A stretch of 64,000 bases of DNA from Blasia pusilla (lineage: Eukaryota), in the NCBI GenBank assembly GCA_050084515.1, contig CM114271.1:33728001-33792000 (forward strand). The letters are read 5' to 3'. The position numbers and the translations under genes were made by a program. This document shows positions 52,009 to 64,000 of the stretch, piece by piece. Positions within the stretch are counted from its first letter, which is position 1. Each line of letters opens with the position of its first letter. The notes under the pieces were generated by a model. It made no database searches. It was not told where the DNA came from and saw nothing but the letters and a program-made list of their open reading frames with translations.

Positions 52009-53368
52009 TTGATCTCCTCCTCTGCACCCTCTTTTGGTACCTTCGCATACAACCTCAGCCCGGGACCCGAGCTCCCTGTTCCACAAAACGAGTCTCTCTC
52101 TCTCTCTATTTACACCTAATCTCGACTCGATCGCAACCCAAACTCCACAGCGTCGATCGATCCTGAACACCTATCACAGAAACATCAGATGCTTGTCAGC
52201 AGCACAGCCCCGTCTCCCCACTCCTCTCCCGTCCCCCGCATCCGAATACGCCTTCCGAGACAACCAAGACACAATCGATCCTGCACGCGGTAAACTCTAC
52301 AGTACATGCCCCTACCTCTGCTCTAGATGTGGTCTACGTTTCAAAAATTGCACCTCCCAATCCGTCCCATGTCCGCTCCCAAACCCCATTCGATCGCCCT
52401 CCCATCTTCCTTCCTCGGTCTCCGTCTCTCCTCGCACCCCTTTTTTCTCTCTCTCTCTCTCTCTCCCTCTAGAACCTCAGAATTGATTATCATGTGCGCA
52501 TTGCCCCTCACAACGCACGCTGCACGATGCATCTCGAGCCTACCCCAAACCTGCCCCGAGCCTCGCATCTCTGCAACCCACAGCCTGCTCCGAGGTGCGG
52601 GAGAGGCCCGGAGAGTCGACGCCCGAAGCTCCTCCCCACTCTCCATGCGCCCGAAGCTAGATGTCGAGTGTTAGAGCGGGACCGAGGCAAGATCAGGCTC
52701 GACGCCGAAACTATGGGTCCTTCAACGAAGCCCGAACCACGAGCTGGATCGACTTCCGACGGTGCCCTTGAGGCTCGGACCGGGGGCAAAAGCCCTGCTA
52801 ATGGCGCATCCCGAACCTGGTTGGACCCTACCGAGGGGGATCTATGACCGGCGACTATCGCGTTCTGTTAACGACGAGTCGTCTGCTACGGTGGAGGTGA
52901 AGATTGGCGGCGACTGGAGGTAGAGGGGGGCGTAAACGGCATCCGCCACTCCGTCCACCCATAACAACGGCCAGGATCTCGTGGTCTCGTGAGGAACTGG
53001 AGAAAATCCCATTGACTGTTGTCCTCCCTTTTTTCCCAGTCAAGTCGACAAAGGAAATCCTAAATTTTCGTTCTTTTCATGGGAACAAGGAAAATTTTTG
53101 GAAAATAGAGTTTTTTATATTTTAAATCAATTATTTTCCAATTTCATTAAGGATTATTTACGACTCTTACCTACACTCCCAAATTTTTTTTCCTACCCAC
53201 ATGTCCCTCTCACAAGGTCGTAGATTGGTTGATATGGGTTTAGTTAGTTAAACCATTTTTAGTTAAACCCCCCTTTCTTTTTGCGAGTTTTTCCTACCGG
53301 ACTTTTGTGTGTTGGAAGTCTCACAACACGGTGAAAGAATTAGATCAAACAGTCGTAATAGAGAGAGT

Positions 53369-53452
53369 GTCCCCGGATAGAGAGATCCTGGAACACTAAA
53401 ATCCCTAGCCCCCGAGGGATTTTAGTGTCCCGGGATCTCTCTATTCGGGGAC
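53369..53452. repeat. Hairpin with 38-bp stem and 8-nt loop between divergent ARL1 and RPB6
   Basis: GTCCCCGGATAGAGAGATCCTGGAACACTAAAATCCCT / AGGGATTTTAGTGTCCCGGGATCTCTCTATTCGGGGAC, with 3 non-Watson-Crick positions. Confidence 0.9.
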
Positions 53453-54305
53453 TTGCCGGATCCCAAAAGGGTAATTCCCGAGCTATCCGTCTTGGCGCTC
53501 CGGGGAAGAATTACTCCTGCCCCGTTTGCAATTTTTCTCGGGTATTCAATGGATTTAAGGCTGGCAATTGACATACACGGGTCACTGCCCACTCGAGGGG
53601 AGTAGACGGGTGACTTTCCGGGGTCAGCCCTTCACCCGGACGGATCCCAGATAGGCAATATTTTGACACCCCCTAATTAATCCCGTTGGCTAATGTCGGT
53701 GTTTGACGCTAGCCCATGATTAAATGCAAACTGGGCCTAGGCAACGTGGGACGGGTTTCGATAGTCGACGGGAAAGTCCTTGCGGCCGTGGATCCGTTTC
53801 CCACAAGTTTCCCGTTTCCCGTTACGGGTACTCCATGGATAGTTCGGACCTCCGGACTTTTGGTACGCATGCCGGGGAGATGAGGGCATGCAGACAGACA
53901 TACATGAGTGATGAGTACCATGAGTCGTTGGGTGAGTATGTTCCATGGGTGGGTGGGGTATTTCAAATTTAAATCAGTCGGGGAAGTGTTTAAGAGCCTG
54001 ACCTCCATTCCATGAAGTCCAAGTTTCCACAGCTGCAGCCAGAGGTTCGCTCCACTCCGTGCGCACAGAGGTGCCCGATCTGTTTCGAAGCTCTCCGCTA
54101 CTATTTCTGAAGCGCACTAATTTTCAGACAGGATGGTCTTAATCCCCCGGGGAAGTGAAAAGGATAGTAGTAATTGAGGAACTGGAACTGGAACTGGAAC
54201 AGAGTAGAGAAGTGCAGAGATGAGAGAGCGCACTGGGGGCTGCGAAGACTTGTATCGCGCAGCTGCGCGGCTTCGGTGCGTGGGACGCGCTTCGCTGATC
54301 AAACG

Positions 54306-55843
54306 ATGGCAGACGAGGACGATTACAACTATGATGGCGCGTAAATATTGGACGCGTTTTCGCTGTGGTATGGTGTGGCGTCGTGGAAGCTGTGGCTGGA
54401 AGCGACGGTGGTCTGGAACGGAATGTAAATGTTAATTCTCTGTGTGCTTGATTCCGCAGGTATGAGGAGGAACCCGTCGACGCCGAGATAGAGGTAAGGA
54501 AGCACTTGCTTGAGGTCTAGAAATTTTGCTACTTGCATTTGCACATCGGTCAAGTTCAGCAAGATTCTCCGCCTTGGCAACAGCGTTTTAAGTCCGTGAA
54601 ATTGTTCCCTCATTTCAGGGAGAAGAGGTAGAAGAAGAAGAGGAGAACGCTGAGAAAGATGGTTTGGACCCGTTCTCAGCCCCCGATGTGGACATTCTCG
54701 ACGCGGAACCTGAACCGTCAAGTGATAAGCCGCGGAAGACAACGAAGTATATGACTAAATATGAGCGACCCCGAGTGCTGGGCACTCGGGCTCTTCAAAT
54801 TAGGTACTTCAATCTTCGGAGTCCAGTCGTTAAGCATCGATCACATCACAAAGTCCGCGCTTCTTTCTTCGAATTCTCATTTTAGGTCACACCAGGGCCG
54901 ACGAAACACTCTCAACATTGATTCATGTGCACAGTGAGGTCACGAATGCATACTGTCTATGTTGCAAATGGGATCAAGGATAAATAGTACCTTCCAAGCT
55001 TTTGAATCGGTAGTTTTATTTGCAAACGCTGCTCCCCACCTACTACACGAAGCTAGGCGAGTCAGAGTGATGAATTCTGTCTGAGGCTCTGCCTGTCTAT
55101 TTTGGCAGCATGAACGCACCAGTCGTGGTAGAGCTAGAGGGAGACACTGATCCACTGGAGGTACGCGTCTGAGACTAGTTCTATCTCATGTGACCATTCA
55201 GCCAGCATCTTATTAACCTTGAAGTGAAGTTCTAACGCGTGGGAACCAAATGTTGCTTAAAATCGTGTAATTTGCGTGTGCATATCGCCATGAAAGAACT
55301 TCGTGTGCGGAAAATTCCTTTCACCATTCGACGATACCTTCCGGATGGAAGGTGAGAATGCAAATATCTGCCAGTCCAATCAGGAAGAGGTCGCAGGTGG
55401 TCAGAAACTCTTGGGAAATCATATGTGCGGACAAAAATAAGTGTCGGTTTTAGAGTTTCTCGTTTCCGGTCATGTGGAGGAATAATGTTGTACAGTCTGC
55501 AGTGTATCTCACCTTCGGCTCACATCTGGAACCCACCTTGGCGAAGCCAGCTCCGTTGCTCAACGTTTAAGTTTCACACACAGGCTTTGAGTCAGAAAAG
55601 GGCCCAAGGTTTAGTATTATCCCAGTTTTCCAGCAAAATGAGCTGTTAGCACTAGTGCAATGGGTGGTCACAATCGGGGTCATGACAACGGTGCACACTT
55701 TCTCCTTGCAGTTCTCGTGTAACGAGCTCTCTTGTTTGTAGTAGTGGTTTTGAATCATAATTTTTGTCGACTCGTGCAGCTATGAAGATTGGGGTGTCGA
55801 TGAACTGATAGTGGAAGATTCATGGAGACGACAAGTGGACTAA
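54306..55843 (+). CDS. RPB6: Shared RNA polymerase subunit RPB6, possibly defective. Exons 54306-54340, 54460-54493, 54619-54803, 55109-55160, 55284-55351, 55780-55843
   Basis: MADEDDY...[84 protein letters not shown]. The intron 4 acceptor reads CAT instead of CAG. Confidence 0.9.
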
Positions 55844-55933
55844 GCAGGGTGGCTGTGCTGATACGAAGATTTGGGTGTCCGATGAATGGATAATGGAAGA
55901 CCCATGGAGACCAGTGGACAAAGAAGGTTGGCT
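55774..55933 (+). repeat. Tandem duplication of the last RPB6 exon; second copy degenerate
   Basis: GTGCAGCTATGAAGATTGGGGTGTCGATGAA...GTGGACTAAGCAGGGTGGCT is followed by GTGCTGATACGAAGATTTGGGTGTCCGATGAA...GTGGACAAAGAAGGTTGGCT. Confidence 0.85.
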
Positions 55934-56109
55934 AAGGATCAAAACCCTAATCCAGCCTTAACAAATTGAGAGCGTAAGTTGGTCTGAACCTCTCTACTAT
56001 GTGGAATCGGATTTTTGCATAAAAGAGCCACACCCGACCCTCATGAATGAGATGGGCTACTCCCGGAAGGGGAGGGGGCGGCAGTTTGGCGTTGGCCCGT
56101 GTATGTCAC

Positions 56110-56225
56110 TTGCTAGCCTTAAATCCACAGAATACCCGACAAGAACTGCAAATGGGGTGGAAGTGATTTGCTAGCCTTAAATCCACCAAATACCCGAGAA
56201 GAATTGCAAATGGGGTGGAAGTGAT
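56110..56225. repeat. 58-bp tandem repeat, 2 copies
   Basis: TTGCTAGCCTTAAATCCAC...GCAAATGGGGTGGAAGTGAT occurs twice. Confidence 0.9.
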
Positions 56226-59200
56226 TCTTCCCCAAAGTGCCAAAATGGGTAGCTCGGGAGTACACATTTGGCAAGACCCCAGAGAGAGATCCGGGGATAC
56301 CAAAATCTTGGATAGGGGGTATTATGACCCCCTATTATTGCCATTGTTTTCGGCAACCACAAGCTATGCGGGAGGATCATGGATGGCATGAATGATTGAT
56401 TCATACATCATTAATGCATCCATGACCATGATGAATCCATGGCTATGGGCATGGAATCCTCGCATATGGATGTCTATGGTGTTATCAGGTCATGAGTGGT
56501 GGATTGGCCAGATAAGGGTGTGCGTGTGTGAGGGATTGGTCATCAATCTTGCCATGGCACTCTCATTGGCCTCCTGGGAACAAGTGCACAAATTGTTTGT
56601 TGCAATTCCTCTTCATGAAATGTCTCAATTGTCTATTTGAGCCGCCATACCAAATGTTATTGGATGGAGGAATGCCCTACACTCACGAAACAAATGAATT
56701 AGAGAAGAGGCTCAAGATCCCTTGCCTACGAAATGTTGCTTGAGGAATCTTTTTGATCATTGGCAAGAAGTTCAATTCAATTTCACTTGTGCAGTCATAC
56801 ATCATGGAGGTTGTGCGGAAATTAGGGTGGCTTGAAGGAATGTTGGAGATAGCCATTGTTACTTTGGTAAATGAGTTGTCGGTAAACGCATACTTCACAT
56901 TTGTAACTTCTTTGTTCCATCGGGTCTTGTCAATGTGAAAATGTTGAGATCCTCTTGGCATAAAGGGATGTTAAACACAACCAGGAAGTCATTTTCAATA
57001 TCTCACTTGAGCTTTTCTACGTTGGATTTCATGTGTTATGGCCTTTGTGGAATTTGATACTTGTCGTCTTCAATTCAAAGTTATAAGTGCAAGGAGAAGG
57101 CAACCTTACTAAGTTCATGGCACGGGAGCAAGCGTTGAATATATGTACCCGGAATGACCTTCCTAATTTCATTCTTGTTGTTGTCCCTTCCACCTGATGA
57201 GAGTAGACATGTTTCCATATTTCAATTTTTTGCGATGCTAGGATATTTCATATTAAGTGTTGCAATTGGATAAATTTTAGTATACGAGAGACATTCCATC
57301 ATTTCATAGAGAGACGATTGGGGTAGGGTGGCCTCCATAATTCTCGCACCTTGAATTTTTAGGCATAGCGTGTTTTACACTTTATGGTGGGGGTGGGGTT
57401 CATATCATACGCGTAATGGTGTTGCGCATTATTAAAATTGGTTGAAGATTACTTGCCTTAAGAATTGGTTTCTAACATTTAAGATTTAGGATGAATGTTT
57501 TGATGGTTTACAGCATCCACTTAACTATGGACTTCTAAAGTACCTCTTATCGTCCATCCCACCCAAATTGCTATGAATGTCCACACAATTTCTTTACTCC
57601 CTATGACTATTAAGTTTCCCACTTCCCAACCTTTACCCATACCAATTTGCTCAAAAGCTTGTTGTCTCACTCATAGCCAAGAGGACATCCTAGTTATGGA
57701 ATTTGCACCATTTTGGGGTTACATACTTACGCAAATCACCAAATCCAAAATTTGCTTGCCACGTTTAGGGCAAAATTAAATCCAACATGACACATTAACC
57801 AAATCCAAAACGTGAGATTCATGTGCAAGGCATGCCTTCCAATCCCTTTTTTATTATCCTACATTGGGAATGATTGGAATGTTTGCTGTGAATCAGTGTG
57901 ATAATCCTTTATGTGTATCATTTGAAATCTACCTTCCTAAAGGGATGTGGACAAAGACTTTCTATTCTTGAAGGACAATTACACTTCCCTCTTCCTAACC
58001 TCTAACCTACAACTATTACTACTACTTTTCTCAGTGGGCGTGATGTATCGATTGTGAGGTGTTCCACCTTCTCTAATTCATATCAATCCCAGATTGTATC
58101 CCACAATTGCTGATGAATTTGAAGAATTAGGGGGTTATACGCTTTCTCAAGCAGATTGCTCTACCCAAATTTCTCCTCAAATTCTTTAAACACAATCGGT
58201 ACATGGGGGATTTCCTTAAGGAAACCTTGAATCCTACATGGATTCAATCACCAAATCCTAAATATGCTTGCTACACGAGTCCTTTATTGTAGGGCAAGCG
58301 CAAATCGTGCATTATTATGTCGATGGATCCAAAACATGGAATTCATATGCAAGCGAGGACTTTCAATCCCTTTTGCATTCTCCAACACCGAGTATGACTT
58401 CAGAGTATATTTTTACAATTTGCACTTTATTCTTTCATATGAGTCATTAAATGATAGAAAATCATAGCAAAATAAATCAAAAATCCTTCACGGAAATTGC
58501 AAGTAATGTGAAGACGTAGATAATCTTATTTCACCTTCCAACTTGTAGGGAATGTGGACACGGTTTGGGGTAAAGAGGCTTCTTCTACCGGGATGATTGT
58601 GGACTAACTGTAATACGAGTAGTCCAGAATTAGACATGGCACAAGCTTCTAAGAGCCGACAACAAGCTCGTGTTTGTGTATGGATCTACAGATCGCACAG
58701 AGGGAGAAAAGTTGTTTTAGGCATTGCGTTTAGGGTCCCATATGGCTTTCGTTGCGGCTTTGTAGCATTAGTACTTCTCGCTAGGCCAATGACCAGTGCA
58801 CTACCTTCTTTAGCTTGTCCATATTTTGCAAGATGGGCAACATACACGCAACATACAGACTACATTGTACAATTCGCCGATTCAACCGATGAAAGGAATA
58901 AGCGGCTCCCCTTATTCCTTTCATGCACATAATGCCACAAATAACGAGCCTAACTAAATCTCAAAATGGAGAGTCTCACCTTGAGCCCTTGAAACATAAA
59001 TCCCATGCCCTCACTCGATGTAACTTTCTTCTATAGGAATTTGGGACTCCCATACCTGACTGGCAGAAGGCAATTTGAGTTTTGGCTATGTAGAGGATAA
59101 TTGCTTTAGAGAGATGTTCCACCTATAGTTCCTTGGTTGGCAGTTCCATGTGTCTTTGTCACATGTGCTCCTTGGAATTGAGTGATTTGATTACAACTTG

Positions 59201-60839
59201 CCAGTATTAGCTTTGCATCTTGCTATTATTTCGTCTGATTGCAGTTAGCATGTATGTAGAGCTTAAGTCAAGTGCATGAGGAAAATATGAATGTAGTGAG
59301 GAATTCGGGGAATAGTGGAAGAGGAGGGAAAATTGGAGCTCATCCAGTCCAAGGACAAGTTCCAAGATTGATAATGAGTAGGGGTCCAGAAGTAGCGATG
59401 GAAAATGGGATTATTCATCGATTGGTGACTCGGACTGGTTCTACGATTCTCAATGGGAGATCCTTAGGAGAAGGAGGATGGAGATGAGCAAAAATAGGGG
59501 CAAAATTTTAGCAAGTAGGAAGGAATTCCAATTAACCATCTCCTAAAAAAAAGTCGTCCACACGTACCCGACGAACCTCTTATGGTTACTAGGCAGGCGA
59601 CCTAGCGCCAACAACAAAATTAACAAAGGAAAAAATTGATTCATCTGCAGTTCAGCTGTAGAAAGACAATGGTCGGGAATATTCCTCTTCACATTGCACA
59701 CCGGCCTTTGGAAGTCCCGTTGAAGATGTAAGTGCCCATGCCCCGACCAATGTTCTTATATATTGCACGTCTAGTAATGTATTTGAGTTGAGAGGCTTGA
59801 ATGTTTATCATGCCTGTAATATTGCAGTGAAAAAATGGGAAAGCTTGCGAGGAAATCGATACACAGCTTCTATTACCAACAAGGAGAGATTCAATTTTCA
59901 TCTAAAGATTGTGCGTAAATTTCCACTTGATTTTGTTGTTCCAAAGTGCAAGACAGGTAGATGGACTTTGGATAAATCAAGGGCTGAAAGTAGTACTTAA
60001 TAGCACCCAGAAGGCACGAGCAGTCGGATGTAGGGTAGATGATCCTCTCCGTAGGATTGCAAAAAAATCGAGTTGAGTTCTTGAGGCAGCAAAGCATACG
60101 CTTTACCCAAGAATACAACAACCACAAGCTCCCACCTGATGGGGATGTCACCACCCTCCACCTCTGATACAAGAAATGAAGTCTGTCATGCTCGAATTTA
60201 TGGGATTGATATGTTGGAAGGATATCCTAGACCCCATTCTCCTTGGGGAGCTGACCAAGTGTATGAAGGCGTTGCCAACGATATACAGCTCATGTACAAC
60301 ATCCTTCAAAACATCGTGGATAAGAAGTACAAAGATGCAATCACCAAGTTTCTTTTTCCATGGAAAATCCATATTAATGACGATAGAGACTAGAGAACTA
60401 CACCTACAGGTTCGGAATTTTTTCATTCCACATCCCTCCTTCATAGAGATATGGTAGAGAGGTCTTTAGATTACGTTTCAGCTATGCATAAAAGGATATA
60501 CTTGGCCTTGTACATGGATAAATTGGCTTGGGTTGCTCATGATGTGGATCTTCAAATGAGGGAGTGGGATAAGGTTGACGAGATCCAATTAGCTACCAAG
60601 GCCATTACTGAGTTAAGGAAGGACAAAATTTTCTCTTGACTAAGCCGATTCCACCCCCAAGCTCTTCTTGGAAAGAAACTTCCATGAAAAGGAAGGACAT
60701 AATTTCTTCCTCAACTAAGCCCAAAAAATGGATTAGAAATTTGGAATAAACAAGAATAAGGTCCCTTTGATTGGAGCTCACTCCACTCTTTTGCCATGCT
60801 GAATTGTATGTCCTTAGCAAACCAATATACATATCTTTG

Positions 60840-61135
60840 TATATTTGGAGGTCTCATTTTCCGTTTAATGTTGCCATGGATAGTTCTCGTTCTACACTAT
60901 GATGATCTATGATAAATTCCACAACAGCATCCTAATAACATGGGTTTTGAAAAACTCCTACAAAGAATCTAACATTGCATGGCGGTTGGAGGAAATGAAA
61001 ACAAGTTCTCTTAATCACCATAGACAAATATGTTGCCAATGCAAGTTGGAAATAGAGTCACAATGGTGCCAAAATGCAAGCTCCATTATGAAATATTGCT
61101 CAATAGCGGAGATCAACGCCCTTAGTAACTAACCT
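60840..61135 (+). mobile_element. Probable degenerate Mutator/MULE transposase fragment
   Basis: FSFYTMMIYDKFHNSILITWVLKNSYKESNIAWRL...IMKYCSIAEINAL resembles the MULE DDE core by eye only. Confidence 0.4.
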
Positions 61136-61387
61136 TCTTCTCCTCATTCAATATGACAACTTCCACATATGTTGTTACTATGCGTGGCACCGGATATTTT
61201 TATGTGCATCAACATATCTGACATACGGTGGTTAACTTTTGATTATAGGCGAGTGTTTGAGGACATTCCAATCATTCTTTGCTTGTGGCATGTACGACAC
61301 GAGTGGCACAAGCACTTGCGTATATAGGTGTGACCGTGTTAAACGATATGAGCTAAGCACTACGTTAGGAAAGATAATGCAAATAAA

Positions 61388-62398
61388 TATTGAAGATTGA
61401 GTTACAGTCAAACTCATGCGACACCTGAACTGCTACATTTGATACTCACACGAAGTAGGGAAGCTTAATCTTGGTTAGTCAGTTAAGCGGGATTATCTTA
61501 ACTAGGGTTAGTTAATCACAGTTAGTCTAACTCGAGACTGAGGTTAGGGTTAGGGTTGGTTGTACATACCCTATATAATTGAGAAGGGGACCAGCCTCCA
61601 CTCATTCTATCATTTCAAATTTCGTTCTCCATGGTGGTATGTGTGAGAGCCGTTTTTCCATCAAGTATGCATGTTTAGTAGTTTTCCATATGATATCAGA
61701 GCGATAGGAGAACATCACTTGAAATTATTGGTGTTTGAGGAGAGAAGAGAGGCAAGAGAAGGCACAATTTCAGTTTGGGAGAAGGAATTTTTATTCAGAG
61801 CTCAGTGGATGCAGATTTCAGGTGGAGTTTTGACGGTGATAAAACTTTGGGGCGTTTTTTAAGGCTTTCCCGATAGATTTAGTTGTCTGGTTCTGCAACG
61901 TCTAGAACAATGCCAAATTTTTGTTTTAGTTGCTTGGAGAGCTCATGGAGAGCTTTCCAACGCACCCAAAATTGCTTGATTTTGACATTCAGAGCTCATG
62001 TAGTAGCAATTTCAGTGTAGGAAAGTGCAATTAGTAAAGAAAAAGTTGTGCAATTTGCTTTCTACATGCCATTTTCGACTAGTTCTTTCATATAGTTGAT
62101 CAATTTTGGAAAATTTCAGGACGATTTCTGTGTAAGAGTTATCTATGCTTCAATTGGAGCAGTAGAAGCATAAAATTATGTTTTTGTGAGAGATATCGTT
62201 CGTCGTAGAATATTCCTCAACAACAATCACATGCGAGAAGCTAGATAAGCAGAATTACAATGTCTAGAAGTTTCGCATGAAACGATTTCTGATGGGTCAA
62301 GAACGATGGGAGCTTGTCACAGGTGATGAGGCCAAGCCAGAAGGTAATGCAACAGACTTGAATGTTCGCGCTTGGAACAAACGCGCAAGGCAAGTAAT
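61388..62398 (+). mobile_element. 5' end of a Copia element: LTR 61388-61690, PBS 61691-61702, gag N-terminus ~62232-62398
   Basis: The LTR matches 118-433. PBS TGATATCAGAGC is tRNA-iMet type with one change. CEKLDKQNYNV*KFRMKRFLMGQERWELVTG is a typical Copia gag start. Confidence 0.9.
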
Positions 62399-64000
62399 TG
62401 TCAGATCTGAGTAGCCGATAGGCAGAGATCTATCGTGGATAGGACGTAGGAGCCAACCGACTATCTTGAGTGTAACTTTGTCCCATGGTGTCGGATCAGG
62501 TTGAGGACAGGTCCATTGTGTCAGGAACGTCGTTTTTGACAACTTTCTTATTGAAGTCTTTCACAGCCGGGTGACTTGTTGACCAAGTCACCCGCTCTGT
62601 TTGTTGGTTTGTTGTGCACGCAGGTTACCAAGGGGATAGCTATTTTTAGGGGAAGAGTATTTTGGCTTTTCCCAACCCTATATAAGAGAGGAAGATGACT
62701 TTCCTAAGCCATCTTTCTCACGTTGGGCCGTTGGAGAACCTCTCTTGTATGTGTGTGAGATAGGACTAGGGTGCTAGCATCCGGATTCCTTGATAGCGCA
62801 GGGTGGATGAGGCTCGATATGCCGATGTAGATTGAGGAGTGGAGTTTTAAGCCGGGTGTGCCACTTTTACCACTCTTTATTTTTACATGAGAAAGATGTG
62901 AGGGGGTTGGTGGGAATTCGTTGTTTGCAGGTAGGCAAGCGAGTTGCCTCGGTGGGGATCCCGTGGAGACGCTGTTTGGCTTTCGTGTTTGTCATTTTTT
63001 TATGTTCGGAAGGCCGTGGGCAAAAGTGATGTCCGTTTTTCTCAGATTTTGCCGATGCACAAGGATTGGGGACAGTGGCAGAGTGTAGCACGGAGTGGGG
63101 CGGCGAGTGTATCGTCGAAAGGAGCGGGAGTGTCAGGAAAAAGCAGGAAGGAAAGGTCGCGGAGATGTTTAGGTCGCGGAGGCGGCCGGATGCCGAGCCG
63201 CACCAGGTGGTGGAAGGTACTATCACCACATAGATAAGAGTGATGTGGTAAGTTGGATGAACACGATCAGTCAAATCGGACATGGCAAGGGCGATGTGGT
63301 GACGAGGCTACCGGGTTAAGCAAGGTTGGAAATGCTTACGTACTTAGGAGAGCCTACGTGGTTGAGCGGGCTTGTACCAAGATTTTCAGAGTTGAGATTT
63401 TCCGAACATTATTTTCGGAGGACTGTAGTGATTTTGTCGGCGAGGTGGGTGAGCTACACCGACCGTTGACGACAGAGTGTTAGTATGCTGATGCCGATGA
63501 CTAGTCCGTATCTGTTGATGGGAGGATCGCAGTACTGTGGGGGGAGATGGATGTGCAGTGGAGGTTCCCAAGCACTCCATGCAGAAGGTTGATCAGCGGG
63601 AGTGATCAGGTTACCCATTCGAGTCCCTTTTCCCACACTAACGTGTGTGATTGAGAGTGCTGGGTATCGAGTAGTAGTTGGTGCTAGGTGGGTGCAGTGA
63701 TGGTGACGAGTGTAGAATCTTTTCATGTCTAGCATGTTGGTGGATATATGGCGGTTGCCGAGTAGGGGTCGCATGTATGACCCGAGAGAGTGTCGCTAGA
63801 TTAGGTGAGTTAGTTGGGAGGCTCATGGTGAGCCCGAGTGTTAAGTGTATGTGAGGCCGGGTGTGTCATCACGGGATTGACGTTAGCATAGGTGAGCTAG
63901 TGAGGAGTGTGGGAGACTCTCGATAAGTCTGAGTGTTGAGCGAGTGAGATAGGGTTGTCATCATGACGTTCTTCCAAGGTTTGAAAGAACATGGTAGTAG
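62399..64000 (+). mobile_element. 5' part of a nested retroelement interrupting Copia gag, possibly another member of the DNMT/PHD Gypsy group
   Basis: Starts TGTCAG where gag breaks off; CCCTATATAAG at ~62676. Bases 63961-64000 resemble the pre-gag region of copy 2 (minus strand ~26200-26155). Confidence 0.55.

Noticed and set aside
56300-60800. Protein-coding gene(s) in the short ORFs
   Set aside because: Fragmented frames with no convincing motif or splice pattern; probably old transposon debris.
118-61690. The two similar Copia LTRs as the ends of one giant element
   Set aside because: The first is a 3' LTR (after RNase H and PPT) and the second a 5' LTR (before PBS and gag), so they belong to two separate insertions.

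Overview
Eukaryotic genomic DNA, probably from a non-seed land plant such as a bryophyte (inferred from host protein similarity, GT-AG introns and TE content). About 1-28.5 kb is a nest of retrotransposons. About 32-56 kb holds three multi-exon genes (CSN2, ARL1, RPB6) and a CRE-like non-LTR element. The last 8 kb is TE debris plus the 5' end of a Copia element carrying a nested insertion. The main result is a Ty3/Gypsy family present as three clear copies and possibly a fourth. Its polyprotein reads gag - protease - DNMT3-like C5 cytosine methyltransferase - RT - RNase H - DDE integrase - PHD finger. Its ends are not ordinary paired LTRs but a split-direct-repeat arrangement (B...A-B-A) with TGTC/GACA termini. 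The one complete copy (18678-28443, minus strand) is flanked by a 4-bp TSD. All copies are degenerate. There is also a 2.57-kb palindrome with a 2-nt spacer that may be an assembly artefact. All calls come from manual reading and translation; no searches were run.
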